Shown: positions 49,273 through 59,025 of the stretch, one piece after another
Numbering within the stretch: position 1 is the first letter of the stretch
How the letters are laid out: each line of letters starts with the position of its first letter
NCBI GenBank assembly: GCA_902615845.1
Contig: CACMQS010000010.1
Span: 682 to 64,681 of the forward strand
Direction: 5' to 3'
DNA from: an uncultured Alphaproteobacteria bacterium
GTDB taxonomy: Bacteria; Pseudomonadota; Alphaproteobacteria; HIMB59; GCA-002718135
DNA length: 64,000 nucleotides
Program-made: the position numbers and the translations under genes
Notes under the pieces: model-generated
The model's input: the letters and a program-made list of their open reading frames with translations, nothing else
Databases searched by the model: none
Told to the model about the DNA's origin: nothing

Positions 49273-50770
49273 TTTTTCCACCCATCAATAATCCTAATTT
49301 TTCTATTTCTATTTCACTAGTTTTAAAAGGTTTGGATAAATTACCATCATAAATAACACATATTTTATGAGTAATTTCAATCAACTCATCTAAATCTTGA
49401 GAAATAACAATTATAGACGTTCCATTTTGAGATAATTCTATCAAAGACTCTCTTATAGAATGCTCAGCACCAGCATCTATCCCCCAAGTTGGATGTGAAA
49501 TAATTAATATTTTTGGCTTAGATGATATTTCTCTACCAATGACATATTTTTGTAAATTTCCTCCGGACAAGCTTGATGCTTTAGCATCATTACCAGGAGT
49601 AATAACTTTAAATTCATTAATTACATTATTAGCAAAATCATCAACATTATTTTTCAATATTATGCCATTTTTAATAAAATTATTTTTTGGAAATTGACTC
49701 AAAAGAATATTTTCAGACAAACTTAACTCAGGTACCGCACTATGGCCCAATCTATTCTCCGGAACAAAAGAAATAGATAAATCTCTTCTTTTTTGTGGCC
49801 CATACTTTTCAATTTTTTTATTATCAAAAGTAATTGATCCAGATTTAATATTTATATTTTCTCCTGTTAAAATATCCATTAATTCTGATTGTCCATTACC
49901 AGCAACTCCAGCAATGCCATAAATTTCACCCACTCTAACTTGAAAAGAAATATTTTTAAGATCTGTTAAAAATGGATCATTAAAATCACATGAAATATTT
50001 TTTACTTCAAAGTTAACTTCGTCTTTTATATGCTCATAATTAGTTTTTAAGTCATCTAATTTTTGTCCTAGCATTTTTGTTGCAAGTGTTTTTGCAGTTT
50101 GATTTGCAGTACTTGAAGTGTCTATAATTTCACCACTTCTCATTATAGTAACTGTATCACATATTGATATTACTTCTTCGAGTTTATGAGTGATATATAA
50201 TATTGTACGACCTTCTTTGACGAGTGCATTTAATGTTACAAATAAACTTTCAACTTCTTGTGGTGTTAAGACTGAAGTTGGCTCATCCATAATTAGTATC
50301 TGAGGGTCTTGTAATAAAATTCTTACAATTTCTACACGCTGCTTTTCTCCAGCTGATAAAGCAGTAATTGGAGCATCTAAATCTAAGGGAAGATTATATC
50401 TTGAGCTTATATTTTCTAGCTTATTTTCTAAATCTGAATAAGACATCTTTTCATCAATTCCTAAAATTAAATTTTCTTTTACTGATAAAGAATCAAATAA
50501 AGAAAAATGCTGAAATACCATTCCTATTCCTTGTTTCCTTGCTTCTGCTGGGGAATTAACTTTAAAATCCTTATTATTTAATTTAATATTTCCTTCATCT
50601 GGTTCTAAGAGACCATATAGAATTTTTACCAATGTAGATTTCCCTGCTCCATTTTCTCCTAAAATTGCATGAACTGCATTTTTTTTAATATCAAAAGTAA
50701 CCTTTTTATTTGCAATTACTCTTGGAAAAGATTTTGTAATATTTTCTATATTTAATATTGTATCACTCAT
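49265..50770 (-). CDS. Nucleoside/purine ABC transporter ATP-binding protein (CUT2 double domain)
   Basis: GENGAGKST, DEPTSVLTPQE and LSGGNLQK motifs. Confidence 0.94.
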   Translation of the reverse strand: MSDTILNIENITKSFPRVIANKKVTFDIKKNAVHAILGENGAGKSTLVKILYGLLEPDEGNIKLNNKDFKVNSPAEARKQGIGMVFQHFSLFDSLSVKENLILGIDEKMSYSDLENKLENISSRYNLPLDLDAPITALSAGEKQRVEIVRILLQDPQILIMDEPTSVLTPQEVESLFVTLNALVKEGRTILYITHKLEEVISICDTVTIMRSGEIIDTSSTANQTAKTLATKMLGQKLDDLKTNYEHIKDEVNFEVKNISCDFNDPFLTDLKNISFQVRVGEIYGIAGVAGNGQSELMDILTGENINIKSGSITFDNKKIEKYGPQKRRDLSISFVPENRLGHSAVPELSLSENILLSQFPKNNFIKNGIILKNNVDDFANNVINEFKVITPGNDAKASSLSGGNLQKYVIGREISSKPKILIISHPTWGIDAGAEHSIRESLIELSQNGTSIIVISQDLDELIEITHKICVIYDGNLSKPFKTSEIEIEKLGLLMGGKNE

Positions 50771-51257
50771 AATTTAATTCAAATATTTCTGATTGTTCAA
50801 AATTATAAATCTCAATATTATTATCCGCATCTTTTTTATCAATGGTAATATATTTTTCATTCTCAAGAGATATTAGAGGAAAATGCCATACTTTGGGATT
50901 AAAATTTATACCATCACCACCACTTACTTTGAATATTTCAATTAAATCAATTTTAGGTTTGTTACCTATTGGAGCAACTAAAACTAAAAAACCTGTGGCA
51001 TTAAACGGAAGAAATACTTGAGAGCTAAAGGGGTGATTTTCTAACATGTTAATTTTTAAAGGAAAGTTTCTTTTCTTTGCCTGAAAAATATTTAATCTAG
51101 ATCTTTTGTCATCACCAATTATTTGAATATTTGCTAAATCAAAAAAACTATCGGTTGTATCTTTATTAATACTTTCATAATTTTTATTAGATGTTGTAAT
51201 TAAATCACCATAATTTTTGAAATTCTCTTTACTAATATTCTTTATTTTATAGTTCAC
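50763..51257 (-). CDS. allA: Ureidoglycolate lyase
   Basis: LENHPFSSQVFLP and GINF...WHFP motifs; pathway context. Confidence 0.88.
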   Translation of the reverse strand: MNYKIKNISKENFKNYGDLITTSNKNYESINKDTTDSFFDLANIQIIGDDKRSRLNIFQAKKRNFPLKINMLENHPFSSQVFLPFNATGFLVLVAPIGNKPKIDLIEIFKVSGGDGINFNPKVWHFPLISLENEKYITIDKKDADNNIEIYNFEQSEIFELNYE

Positions 51258-52231
51258 AAAAACTTTCCAATTGCCCTGATCCGTGAAATACCACCGTCAG
51301 GATAAATATTTAACTTCAAATAATTTATTTTTTTAATGTGTTTAGATGAATTAATTTTTAATGATGAATTAGGTTTAAGATTTTTATTTTTTATTAAAAA
51401 TTTCCAATTTTTGCTTTCATTTATTAATTTGCTTATATTAATATTTTTTATTGAATAAAAACCTTGTACTGAGCAATGAGACGGATAATTACCTTTAAAA
51501 TAATGAGTTTCAATATTAAACTTTTCAATTAAACCAGGTTTGCCAAGTTTAATTATAACCCAGTCATATCCTGATCCTCTTCTTCTTTTAGTTTCCCAAC
51601 CATTGCCCATATTTTTAGATTTAAATGGAAGTAATAAATTTTCTGCCCTCCCAAAATGTTCATCACTACATGCCACAATTTTTGAACCATTAAGGATGTT
51701 AAGTAAATCAAATTTTTTATTTGGAAATTTTAATTTTGATACATCTAGATTTCCTAATAATTTTAATCTTGCAACTCCTCCATCTGGATAGATGCTCAAT
51801 CTTATGAAGTTAAAAACTTTATTATTCTGTTGAGTTTTAAAACCATGAAGATAATTTGGATGAAGTTTCCTTTTTGATAAAATATTAACCCAATTAAATT
51901 TATTTTTTTCAAAATAACAAGCATCAATGCTTGCGTATTCAGGTTGATTGCCATTAAAATAGCTTGTGTCTATTTCAGCAAAATTAATTTTACCAGGAAG
52001 GCCTAATTTAATAGTAACATAATCATTTCCTTCAATTCTTTTTCTTCTTGTTTCCCATCCATCCATCCATTTTCCATTTTTATCGTAAACTCCTTCTTTA
52101 AAAATTGGCTGTTCCTCTTTAAGCAATCTGGATGCTGATCCAAAAAACTGATCAGAAAATCTATGAATTTTTGTACCTAAAACCTTACTACATAAGTTTA
52201 TATAATTTTTTTGAATGTATTTCTTATTCAT
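51254..52231 (-). CDS. alc: Allantoicase
   Basis: Two repeats of DGWETRR/NGWETKRRR and IYPDGG.xRL. Confidence 0.93.
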   Translation of the reverse strand: MNKKYIQKNYINLCSKVLGTKIHRFSDQFFGSASRLLKEEQPIFKEGVYDKNGKWMDGWETRRKRIEGNDYVTIKLGLPGKINFAEIDTSYFNGNQPEYASIDACYFEKNKFNWVNILSKRKLHPNYLHGFKTQQNNKVFNFIRLSIYPDGGVARLKLLGNLDVSKLKFPNKKFDLLNILNGSKIVACSDEHFGRAENLLLPFKSKNMGNGWETKRRRGSGYDWVIIKLGKPGLIEKFNIETHYFKGNYPSHCSVQGFYSIKNINISKLINESKNWKFLIKNKNLKPNSSLKINSSKHIKKINYLKLNIYPDGGISRIRAIGKFL

Positions 52232-52733
52232 TAATTAATTCTGTTAATCTTAATTTTGCAATTTCTTTTACTTGTGAAATTGAAGTTTTTATTTCTAAGT
52301 TTAAATCATTATTGCCTAATCTACTTTTAAACTCTGTTATAATTTCATTTTTATTTTTATTTCTAACTGCAAAAATAAATGGGATATTAAATTTATTTTT
52401 AAATCTTGAATTTAAATCTTTAAATAAGTTAAATTCTTGTTCTGAACAATCTTTTAAACCAGATCTACTTTGTTCTTCATCAGATAATTCAGACAAACCT
52501 TTATTTATTTTTATTTTATCGGCTAGATCAGGATGTTTTTTAATTATATTTATTTTAGTTTCTTCATCTAAATTATCAAACAACTCTAAAAATATTAATA
52601 TCATTTCTTTTTTATTTTTAAATGGTCGTTTTTTATCAGCATGTTCTGTTATAAATTTAGATTCTTCATAAATATTTTTAAAAGAATCAATAAATTTTTC
52701 AGAGTTATAATTATTAATATCTTCAATTTTCAT
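52224..52733 (-). CDS. uraD: OHCU decarboxylase
   Basis: IYEES, HPDLA, SDEEQSRSGL, KFNIPFIFAV and IAKLRL motifs. Start refined from 52808. Confidence 0.9.
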   Translation of the reverse strand: MKIEDINNYNSEKFIDSFKNIYEESKFITEHADKKRPFKNKKEMILIFLELFDNLDEETKINIIKKHPDLADKIKINKGLSELSDEEQSRSGLKDCSEQEFNLFKDLNSRFKNKFNIPFIFAVRNKNKNEIITEFKSRLGNNDLNLEIKTSISQVKEIAKLRLTELINE

Positions 52734-53634
52734 CACTAAAATTTTCATACCAATAATTGGCAATTTCCTCTCTTTTGCATATCCAAATATCATTATAACC
52801 AGAAACATAATTCAAAAATTTTACCAAAGACATAAATCTTCCAGGTCTAGCTATTAAACGACAATGTAAACCCACACTCATCATTTTTGGTTTATTGAAC
52901 TCGTTTGCTTCTCTGTATAATGTATCAAATGAATTTTTTAAGTAATTATAAAAATCCTCACCTGTGTTAAAACCTTGTAAGGTAGAGAATCTCATATCAT
53001 TATTATCTAGAGTGTATGGAATGATTAGATGTTTTTTATTTTTTACTTTTATCCAGTAGGGTAAATCATCAGCATAGGAGTCACTATCGTAAATAATATT
53101 TGTATTTTCTAAAATTATATTTCTTGTATTTGGGCTTGTTCTACCAGTATACCAACCAGACGGAAAATAACCAAAAATATCTTTAATAATGTTGTTACAT
53201 TTTATAGTATGTTCTTTTTCAATTTCCTCAGTTATATTTTGATAGTCTATCCATCGATAACCATGGCTAGCTACTTCATACTTTGATTTAATTATTTGTT
53301 CACAAACATCAGGATTTTTTTCTAAAGCCATGCCAACGCCAAATATTGTTAAAGGTAATTTTCTTTTTTCAAACTCATTATGTATTCTCCAAAAGCCCCT
53401 TCTTGAGCCATACTCATATATTGATTCCATATTCATATTTCTGGCACCTATTATTTGCTTTGCATTAATTATTTCCGATAAAAAAGTTTCTGATCCTTCG
53501 TCACCATTCATTATTGAATTTTCAGCACCTTCCTCATAATTTAGAACAAATTGAAGAGCTAGTTTTGATTTATTAGGCCAATAAAAGTTAGAGTCATTAT
53601 TTCCGTAGCCTTTATAATTTCTGTCGTCTTTCAT
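52723..53634 (-). CDS. puuE: Allantoinase PuuE (polysaccharide deacetylase fold)
   Basis: QFVLNYEEGAE, ESIYEYGSR, HGYRW, GWYTGR and GLHCRL motifs. Confidence 0.94.
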   Translation of the reverse strand: MKDDRNYKGYGNNDSNFYWPNKSKLALQFVLNYEEGAENSIMNGDEGSETFLSEIINAKQIIGARNMNMESIYEYGSRRGFWRIHNEFEKRKLPLTIFGVGMALEKNPDVCEQIIKSKYEVASHGYRWIDYQNITEEIEKEHTIKCNNIIKDIFGYFPSGWYTGRTSPNTRNIILENTNIIYDSDSYADDLPYWIKVKNKKHLIIPYTLDNNDMRFSTLQGFNTGEDFYNYLKNSFDTLYREANEFNKPKMMSVGLHCRLIARPGRFMSLVKFLNYVSGYNDIWICKREEIANYWYENFSDEN

Positions 53635-53651
53635 AAAAATGCTTGATTTAA

Positions 53652-53665
53652 TATTTAGCTAAATA
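53652..53665. promoter_or_regulatory. Perfect 14-bp palindrome TATTTAGCTAAATA in the divergent puuE/uraH promoter region; candidate operator
   Basis: Read directly; lies centrally in the 52-bp intergenic region. Confidence 0.45.
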
Positions 53666-53686
53666 CTGTATAAACGAATAAGTATT

Positions 53687-54040
53687 ATGTCTAAAGGATA
53701 TTTAACTACTCATGTTTTGGATACCTATAATGGTAAGCCTGGTTCTGGTATAAAAGGGTCACTTTTCAAAATTGATGGTGAAAATAAAGTTAAAATTTCA
53801 AATTTCATTCTCAATGAAGATGGCAGATGTGATGAGCCTATATTAAGTAAAGAGAATTTTATACTTGGAAAATATGAGTTATTATTTCTTTGCGGGAGTT
53901 ATTTTAAGGAATTTACAAATCTTGATGAACCATTTTTTCTTGATGACGTAATAATTAGATTTGGAATTAACAAAGAGGAACACTACCATGTACCCCTTCT
54001 TATTACCCCGTGGAGTTATTCAACATATAGAGGAAGCTAG
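53687..54040 (+). CDS. uraH: 5-hydroxyisourate hydrolase
   Basis: LTTHVLD, DGR, HYHVPLL and C-terminal YRGS. Confidence 0.96.
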   Translation: MSKGYLTTHVLDTYNGKPGSGIKGSLFKIDGENKVKISNFILNEDGRCDEPILSKENFILGKYELLFLCGSYFKEFTNLDEPFFLDDVIIRFGINKEEHYHVPLLITPWSYSTYRGS

Positions 54041-55455
54041 TGTCTAAAGCGCATGTCGATTTTCTTCTTAATGAAGAAAAAATCTCTATCAAAAATTTAG
54101 ACACAAATACAACGGTCTTAAATTATCTTCGAAACAATCATGAGTTAACTGGAACAAAAGAAGGTTGCGCATCTGGTGATTGCGGAGCATGTACTGCAGT
54201 TGTAGGAGAATTAAAAGAGAATAAAATTTCTTATAAAAGTATAAATACTTGTATTACTTTTTTGTACTCTCTCCATGGCAAACAATTAATAACGGTAGAA
54301 CATATAAAAAAAAATAAACTTCATCCTGTTCAACAATCAATGATTGATAGTGATGGATCTCAATGTGGTTTTTGTACACCTGGTATTATTATGTCAATGT
54401 ATAATATGTACGAAAACAAAATAAAACCAACAGAAGAAAATATAGATAAATTTCTTTCTGGAAATTTATGTAGATGTACAGGTTATCTTCCAATTAAAAA
54501 TGCAATTAAGAATATGTATAGCTATAAAAGTAATAAATTTTCAAAAAGTAAAGTTATTAGATTATTAAAATCAATTAAGAAAACTGATATTGTCATTAAA
54601 AAAAATGATTCTAAGTTTTTCATCCATTATAATTTAAATTCTCTAATAAAAGACTATCAAAAGATTAGTAATGGACATTTACTAGTCGGTGGTACAGATC
54701 TCGCTCTTGAAGTAACAAAAAAAAGAAAAGATTTAAAAAATATTTTTTATTTAGGATCAAATAAAGATTTAAATTATGTTAAAAATAAAAACAATAATTT
54801 ACACATTGGATCCGCTACCCCCATAAATGATATTTTACCAATTTTAGAAAATATTTATCCAACATTTGCGAAAATGTTTGAAAGATATGGATCTGAGCAA
54901 ATAAGAAATACTGCATCTCTTGGAGGTAACATTGGAAGCGCATCTCCAATAGGTGATAGTTTGCCTGTGTTAATAGCACTCAATAGTAAAATTGTAATTC
55001 AAGGAAAAGTTAAAAAAACTTTATTATTGGATAATTATTTTCTCAGCTATCGAAAAACTAAATTAAAACCTAATGAAATAATTAAAGAAATTATAATACC
55101 CATTTATAAAAAAAATATTCTTAAATGTTATAAAATTTCAAAAAGAATAGATGATGACATAAGTTCTGTTTTCATGGCTATAAATGCTAGGATTGAAAAA
55201 AATATTATTAAAGAAATAAAAATTGTTTGTGGAGGTTTGGCAGAAACTCCAAAAATAGCTGAGCAAGCACAAAAATTTTTATTGAATAAAATATTTAATG
55301 AAGAAAATATTAATGAAGCAAAGAAAATTATTAAAAAAGAATTTGATCCAATAGATGATATGAGAGCGTCAAAAAATTATAGAACTAAAATTAGTCAAAA
55401 CCTTTTAGAGAGGTTTTTATATGAAAATAATAAAATTAAATCAACGTTATATTAA
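54040..55455 (+). CDS. xdhA: Xanthine dehydrogenase small subunit (2Fe-2S/FAD)
   Basis: GTKEGCASGDCGAC, QCGFCTPG, GNLCRCTGY, GGTDL and KISKR.DDDIS motifs. Confidence 0.95.
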   Translation: MSKAHVDFLLNEEKISIKNLDTNTTVLNYLRNNHELTGTKEGCASGDCGACTAVVGELKENKISYKSINTCITFLYSLHGKQLITVEHIKKNKLHPVQQSMIDSDGSQCGFCTPGIIMSMYNMYENKIKPTEENIDKFLSGNLCRCTGYLPIKNAIKNMYSYKSNKFSKSKVIRLLKSIKKTDIVIKKNDSKFFIHYNLNSLIKDYQKISNGHLLVGGTDLALEVTKKRKDLKNIFYLGSNKDLNYVKNKNNNLHIGSATPINDILPILENIYPTFAKMFERYGSEQIRNTASLGGNIGSASPIGDSLPVLIALNSKIVIQGKVKKTLLLDNYFLSYRKTKLKPNEIIKEIIIPIYKKNILKCYKISKRIDDDISSVFMAINARIEKNIIKEIKIVCGGLAETPKIAEQAQKFLLNKIFNEENINEAKKIIKKEFDPIDDMRASKNYRTKISQNLLERFLYENNKIKSTLY

Positions 55456-57728
55456 TGGATAAAATATTTACAAAAAATATTGAACATGAAAGTGCAGTAA
55501 AACATGTTACTGGAAAAGCAATTTATACTGATGATATATCAGAGCCTAAAAATTTACTTCACGCAGTAATTGGATACAGTAATTGCAGTAAAGGAGTAAT
55601 AAAAAAAATTGATTATAAAGATGTTTTATCTTCAGAAGGTGTAGTAGACATTATTACTGAAAAAGACATTGAAGGTATAAATGATGTTGGGCCAATATTT
55701 AAGGGAGATAAAATATTTACTTCAAAAAATATAGAATATTATGGACAACCAATTTTTGCAGTTATAGCAAAGACCAATAATTTAGCAAAAAAAGCTGCAT
55801 TAAAAGTAAAAATAGACTTAAAAATATCTAAACCTATCGTTTCAATTGAAGAAGCATTAAAGAAAAAATCATTTGTTTTAAAACCGAAGCATCTAACTAG
55901 AGGAAATATAAAAGATGGGTTTAAAAAATCTGACAAGATTCTAAAAGGTAAATTGTATTCAGGGGGTCAAGATCATTTTTATTTAGAAGGTCAAATTGCA
56001 ATGACTATTCCACAAGAAGATAATAATTTTTTAGTTTATTCTTCAACACAACATCCATCAGAAACACAGCAAATTATTGGTAAAGTTCTTAAACAAAATT
56101 ACAATAGTATCCATGTGATAGTAAGAAGAATTGGTGGTGGTTTTGGAGGAAAAGAAACACAATCTTTTTTGTTTGCAGCCATTACAAGCATTGCAGCAAA
56201 AAAGTTATCTAAACCAGTAAAGTTAAGAGTCGATAGAGATGATGATATGATCATGACTGGAAAAAGGCATGATTTTTTATTTGATTATGAAATAGGTTTT
56301 AAAAATAGTGGTGAAATACTTGCTCTAAAAATAATGATGGCATCGAGATGCGGTATCTCTCCAGATTTATCAGGAGCTATAAATGATAGAGCCATCTATC
56401 ATATAGATAATGCCTACTTCTTACCAAATATAGAAATTAATTCGTATAGATGTAAAACAAATACTGTTTCTAATACAGCTTTTCGTGGATTTGGTGGGCC
56501 TCAAGGAATGTTTTGTATTGAAAATATAATTGAAAACATTGCTCAAAAATTAAATCGAGAAGCAAGTGAAATAAGAAAAATTAATTTTTATAAAGATAAA
56601 ATTAAAAATACTACTCATTATGGGATGAAAATTACTGACAATGTGATTGAAGATATTTTTAATAAACTAATTAAAAAATCTAATTACAAAAAAAGAAAAA
56701 TAGAAATTGATAATTTTAATAAAAAAAATAAAGTTTTAAAAAAAGGAATAGCAATAACACCTGTAAAGTTTGGAATATCATTTACAACTACTCATTTAAA
56801 CCAAGGTGGTGCCTTAGTTCATATCTACACTGATGGATCCATTCATTTAAATCATGGAGGAATTGAAATGGGTCAAGGATTAATGACAAAACTTGCTTTA
56901 GTAGCTTCAAATGAATTTGGCCTTAATTACGAACATATAAAAATCTCTTCAACGGACACAGAAAAAGTCCCTAACACATCAGCAAGTGCAGCATCAGCTA
57001 CAACTGATATAAATGGAGCAGCAATTGTTAATGCTATAAATAATATCAAGTCAGGTCTAAATGAATTTATCTATGATTATTTTAAAACAAATAGCAAAAT
57101 AAAATATGAAAATAATTTTGTTTATTTTGATAAAAGAAAAATATCTTTTAAAGAATTGATAAATACTGCTTACTTAAATAGAATTCCATTGTCTTCTTCA
57201 GGTTTCTATAAAACTGACAAAATTAATGTAAATACAAAAACACTTCAAGGAAGGCCATTCTTATATTTTACTTATGGAGCAGCGGTAACAGAAGTTATTA
57301 TTGATAAATTAACGGGTGAAAATAAAATTCTTCAAGTTGATATAATTCATGATGTTGGCAATTCTATTAATAAGAGAATTGATAAGGGGCAAATAGAGGG
57401 TGGTTATATTCAAGGATTAGGCTGGCTCACAACTGAAGAGGTGTCTTGGAAATCAAATGGAGTTCTAACAACTCATAGCCCTTCTACTTACAAAATACCT
57501 ACTGCCGGTGAAACACCATTTAAATTTAATGTCGAAATATATGATCGTGGTTTTAATAAAGAAAAAGTTATTAATCGCTCCAAAGCTGTTGGAGAGCCAC
57601 CATTTATGCTCGCAATTTCAAGTTTTATTGCATTAAAGGACGCAGTATATAATGCCAATAAAGGAAAAAATTCTGAAAATTTAATTGCACCTGCTACTGC
57701 TGAAAATATATTAAAAAGTTTGCATTAA
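55455..57728 (+). CDS. xdhB: Xanthine dehydrogenase molybdopterin-binding subunit
   Basis: HFYLEGQ, GGGFGGKE, AFRGFGGPQG, EMGQGL and SKAVGEPP motifs. Confidence 0.96.
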   Translation: MDKIFTKNIEHESAVKHVTGKAIYTDDISEPKNLLHAVIGYSNCSKGVIKKIDYKDVLSSEGVVDIITEKDIEGINDVGPIFKGDKIFTSKNIEYYGQPIFAVIAKTNNLAKKAALKVKIDLKISKPIVSIEEALKKKSFVLKPKHLTRGNIKDGFKKSDKILKGKLYSGGQDHFYLEGQIAMTIPQEDNNFLVYSSTQHPSETQQIIGKVLKQNYNSIHVIVRRIGGGFGGKETQSFLFAAITSIAAKKLSKPVKLRVDRDDDMIMTGKRHDFLFDYEIGFKNSGEILALKIMMASRCGISPDLSGAINDRAIYHIDNAYFLPNIEINSYRCKTNTVSNTAFRGFGGPQGMFCIENIIENIAQKLNREASEIRKINFYKDKIKNTTHYGMKITDNVIEDIFNKLIKKSNYKKRKIEIDNFNKKNKVLKKGIAITPVKFGISFTTTHLNQGGALVHIYTDGSIHLNHGGIEMGQGLMTKLALVASNEFGLNYEHIKISSTDTEKVPNTSASAASATTDINGAAIVNAINNIKSGLNEFIYDYFKTNSKIKYENNFVYFDKRKISFKELINTAYLNRIPLSSSGFYKTDKINVNTKTLQGRPFLYFTYGAAVTEVIIDKLTGENKILQVDIIHDVGNSINKRIDKGQIEGGYIQGLGWLTTEEVSWKSNGVLTTHSPSTYKIPTAGETPFKFNVEIYDRGFNKEKVINRSKAVGEPPFMLAISSFIALKDAVYNANKGKNSENLIAPATAENILKSLH

Positions 57729-57729
57729 A

Positions 57730-58560
57730 ATGTATCTTAAAAAATTAAATAAAAATATAAATTTTAATAGTAAAATAGTTAAGGCTAAAATTATTGAAGT
57801 TAAAGGATCATCCCCCAATAGTTTAGATGACATTATATTAATTTCAACTGATACTATCTTTGGAACTATTGGTGGCGGAAACTTAGAATATTTAGTTGTC
57901 GATGAAGCGAAAAAATTAATTGATCATAATATAACAAATAAAGTAATGAATATTCCGCTTGGGCCAGGAATTGGACAATGTTGTGGTGGATACGTACAAG
58001 TTAAATTAAGCTTACATAATAATTCCAAAGATGCGCTAAAAAATGAATATGTTGTTAATAATATTAAACCGAACTTATATATCTTTGGATCAGGACATAT
58101 TGGTCAAGCGTTAATTTCTAAATTAGAAAATATTAATTTTAATACTTTTATCATTGACTCAAGAGAAGATTATTTAAAAATGACAAATATCAAAGATGTA
58201 AATTATTTACTTTCGAAAAAACCTTGGGAGATTGTATCAAAACTAAAAGATAATTCTTACTTTATAGTCTTAACTCACAGTCATGATTATGACTTAAAAA
58301 TATTAAATGAAATTTTGAAAAAAAATAATACTTTTGTTGGTTTAATTGGATCTCTTACAAAGAAAAAGAGGTTTTATAAAAGATTAATCGATAATGGTCA
58401 CAATAAATCAAAAGTTGAGAAAATTGAGTGTCCGATTGGAATTGATATTGGCAATTCAAAAGATCCTAATGAAATAGCTTTCTCAATAGTTACAAGAATA
58501 ATATCAATAAAAAATAACTTAAAACATTTATCAAATAATAAAATTAAAGAAGTTATATGA
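57730..58560 (+). CDS. xdhC: Xanthine dehydrogenase accessory protein
   Basis: GTIGGGNLE, GQCCGG, FGSGHIG, THSHDYD and CPIG motifs. Confidence 0.93.
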   Translation: MYLKKLNKNINFNSKIVKAKIIEVKGSSPNSLDDIILISTDTIFGTIGGGNLEYLVVDEAKKLIDHNITNKVMNIPLGPGIGQCCGGYVQVKLSLHNNSKDALKNEYVVNNIKPNLYIFGSGHIGQALISKLENINFNTFIIDSREDYLKMTNIKDVNYLLSKKPWEIVSKLKDNSYFIVLTHSHDYDLKILNEILKKNNTFVGLIGSLTKKKRFYKRLIDNGHNKSKVEKIECPIGIDIGNSKDPNEIAFSIVTRIISIKNNLKHLSNNKIKEVI

Positions 58561-59024
58561 CAAACATAGATTTTATGAAAAGAGCTATTTTATTATCAAT
58601 AGATAATATCAAAAATAATGGAGGTCCTTTTGGATGTGTTATTGTAAAAGAAAATGAAATTATTGCAGAAGGAGTAAATAGAGTAACATTTAATAATGAT
58701 CCTACTGCTCACGCTGAAATTGTTGCCATTAGAAATGCATGTAAAAAATTAAATACATTTAACTTAGAAGGTTGTGAATTGTATTCCAGTTGCGAACCAT
58801 GTCCTATGTGCTTGAGTGCGATATATTGGTCACATATAGACAAAGTATATTATGGTAATTCTAGAGAAGATGCTGCAAAAATTAAATTTGATGACAAGTT
58901 TATTTATGATGAACTATCACTAGAAATGAAAGAGAGAAAAATTCCTATTAGTCAAATATCACGTGATGAGGCAATAAAAGCATTTAATATTTGGGAAAAA
59001 GAAGAAAATAAAATAAGATATTAA
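58557..59024 (+). CDS. guaD: Guanine deaminase (cytidine-deaminase fold)
   Basis: GGPFG, HAE and PCPMC motifs, FDD, C-terminal Tyr. Confidence 0.85.
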   Translation: MTNIDFMKRAILLSIDNIKNNGGPFGCVIVKENEIIAEGVNRVTFNNDPTAHAEIVAIRNACKKLNTFNLEGCELYSSCEPCPMCLSAIYWSHIDKVYYGNSREDAAKIKFDDKFIYDELSLEMKERKIPISQISRDEAIKAFNIWEKEENKIRY

Positions 59025-59025
59025 A

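Noticed and set aside
52132-52671. 179-aa plus-strand ORF
   Set aside because: Antisense shadow of uraD/alc; Phe/Leu/Ser-rich mirror of Lys/Glu codons.
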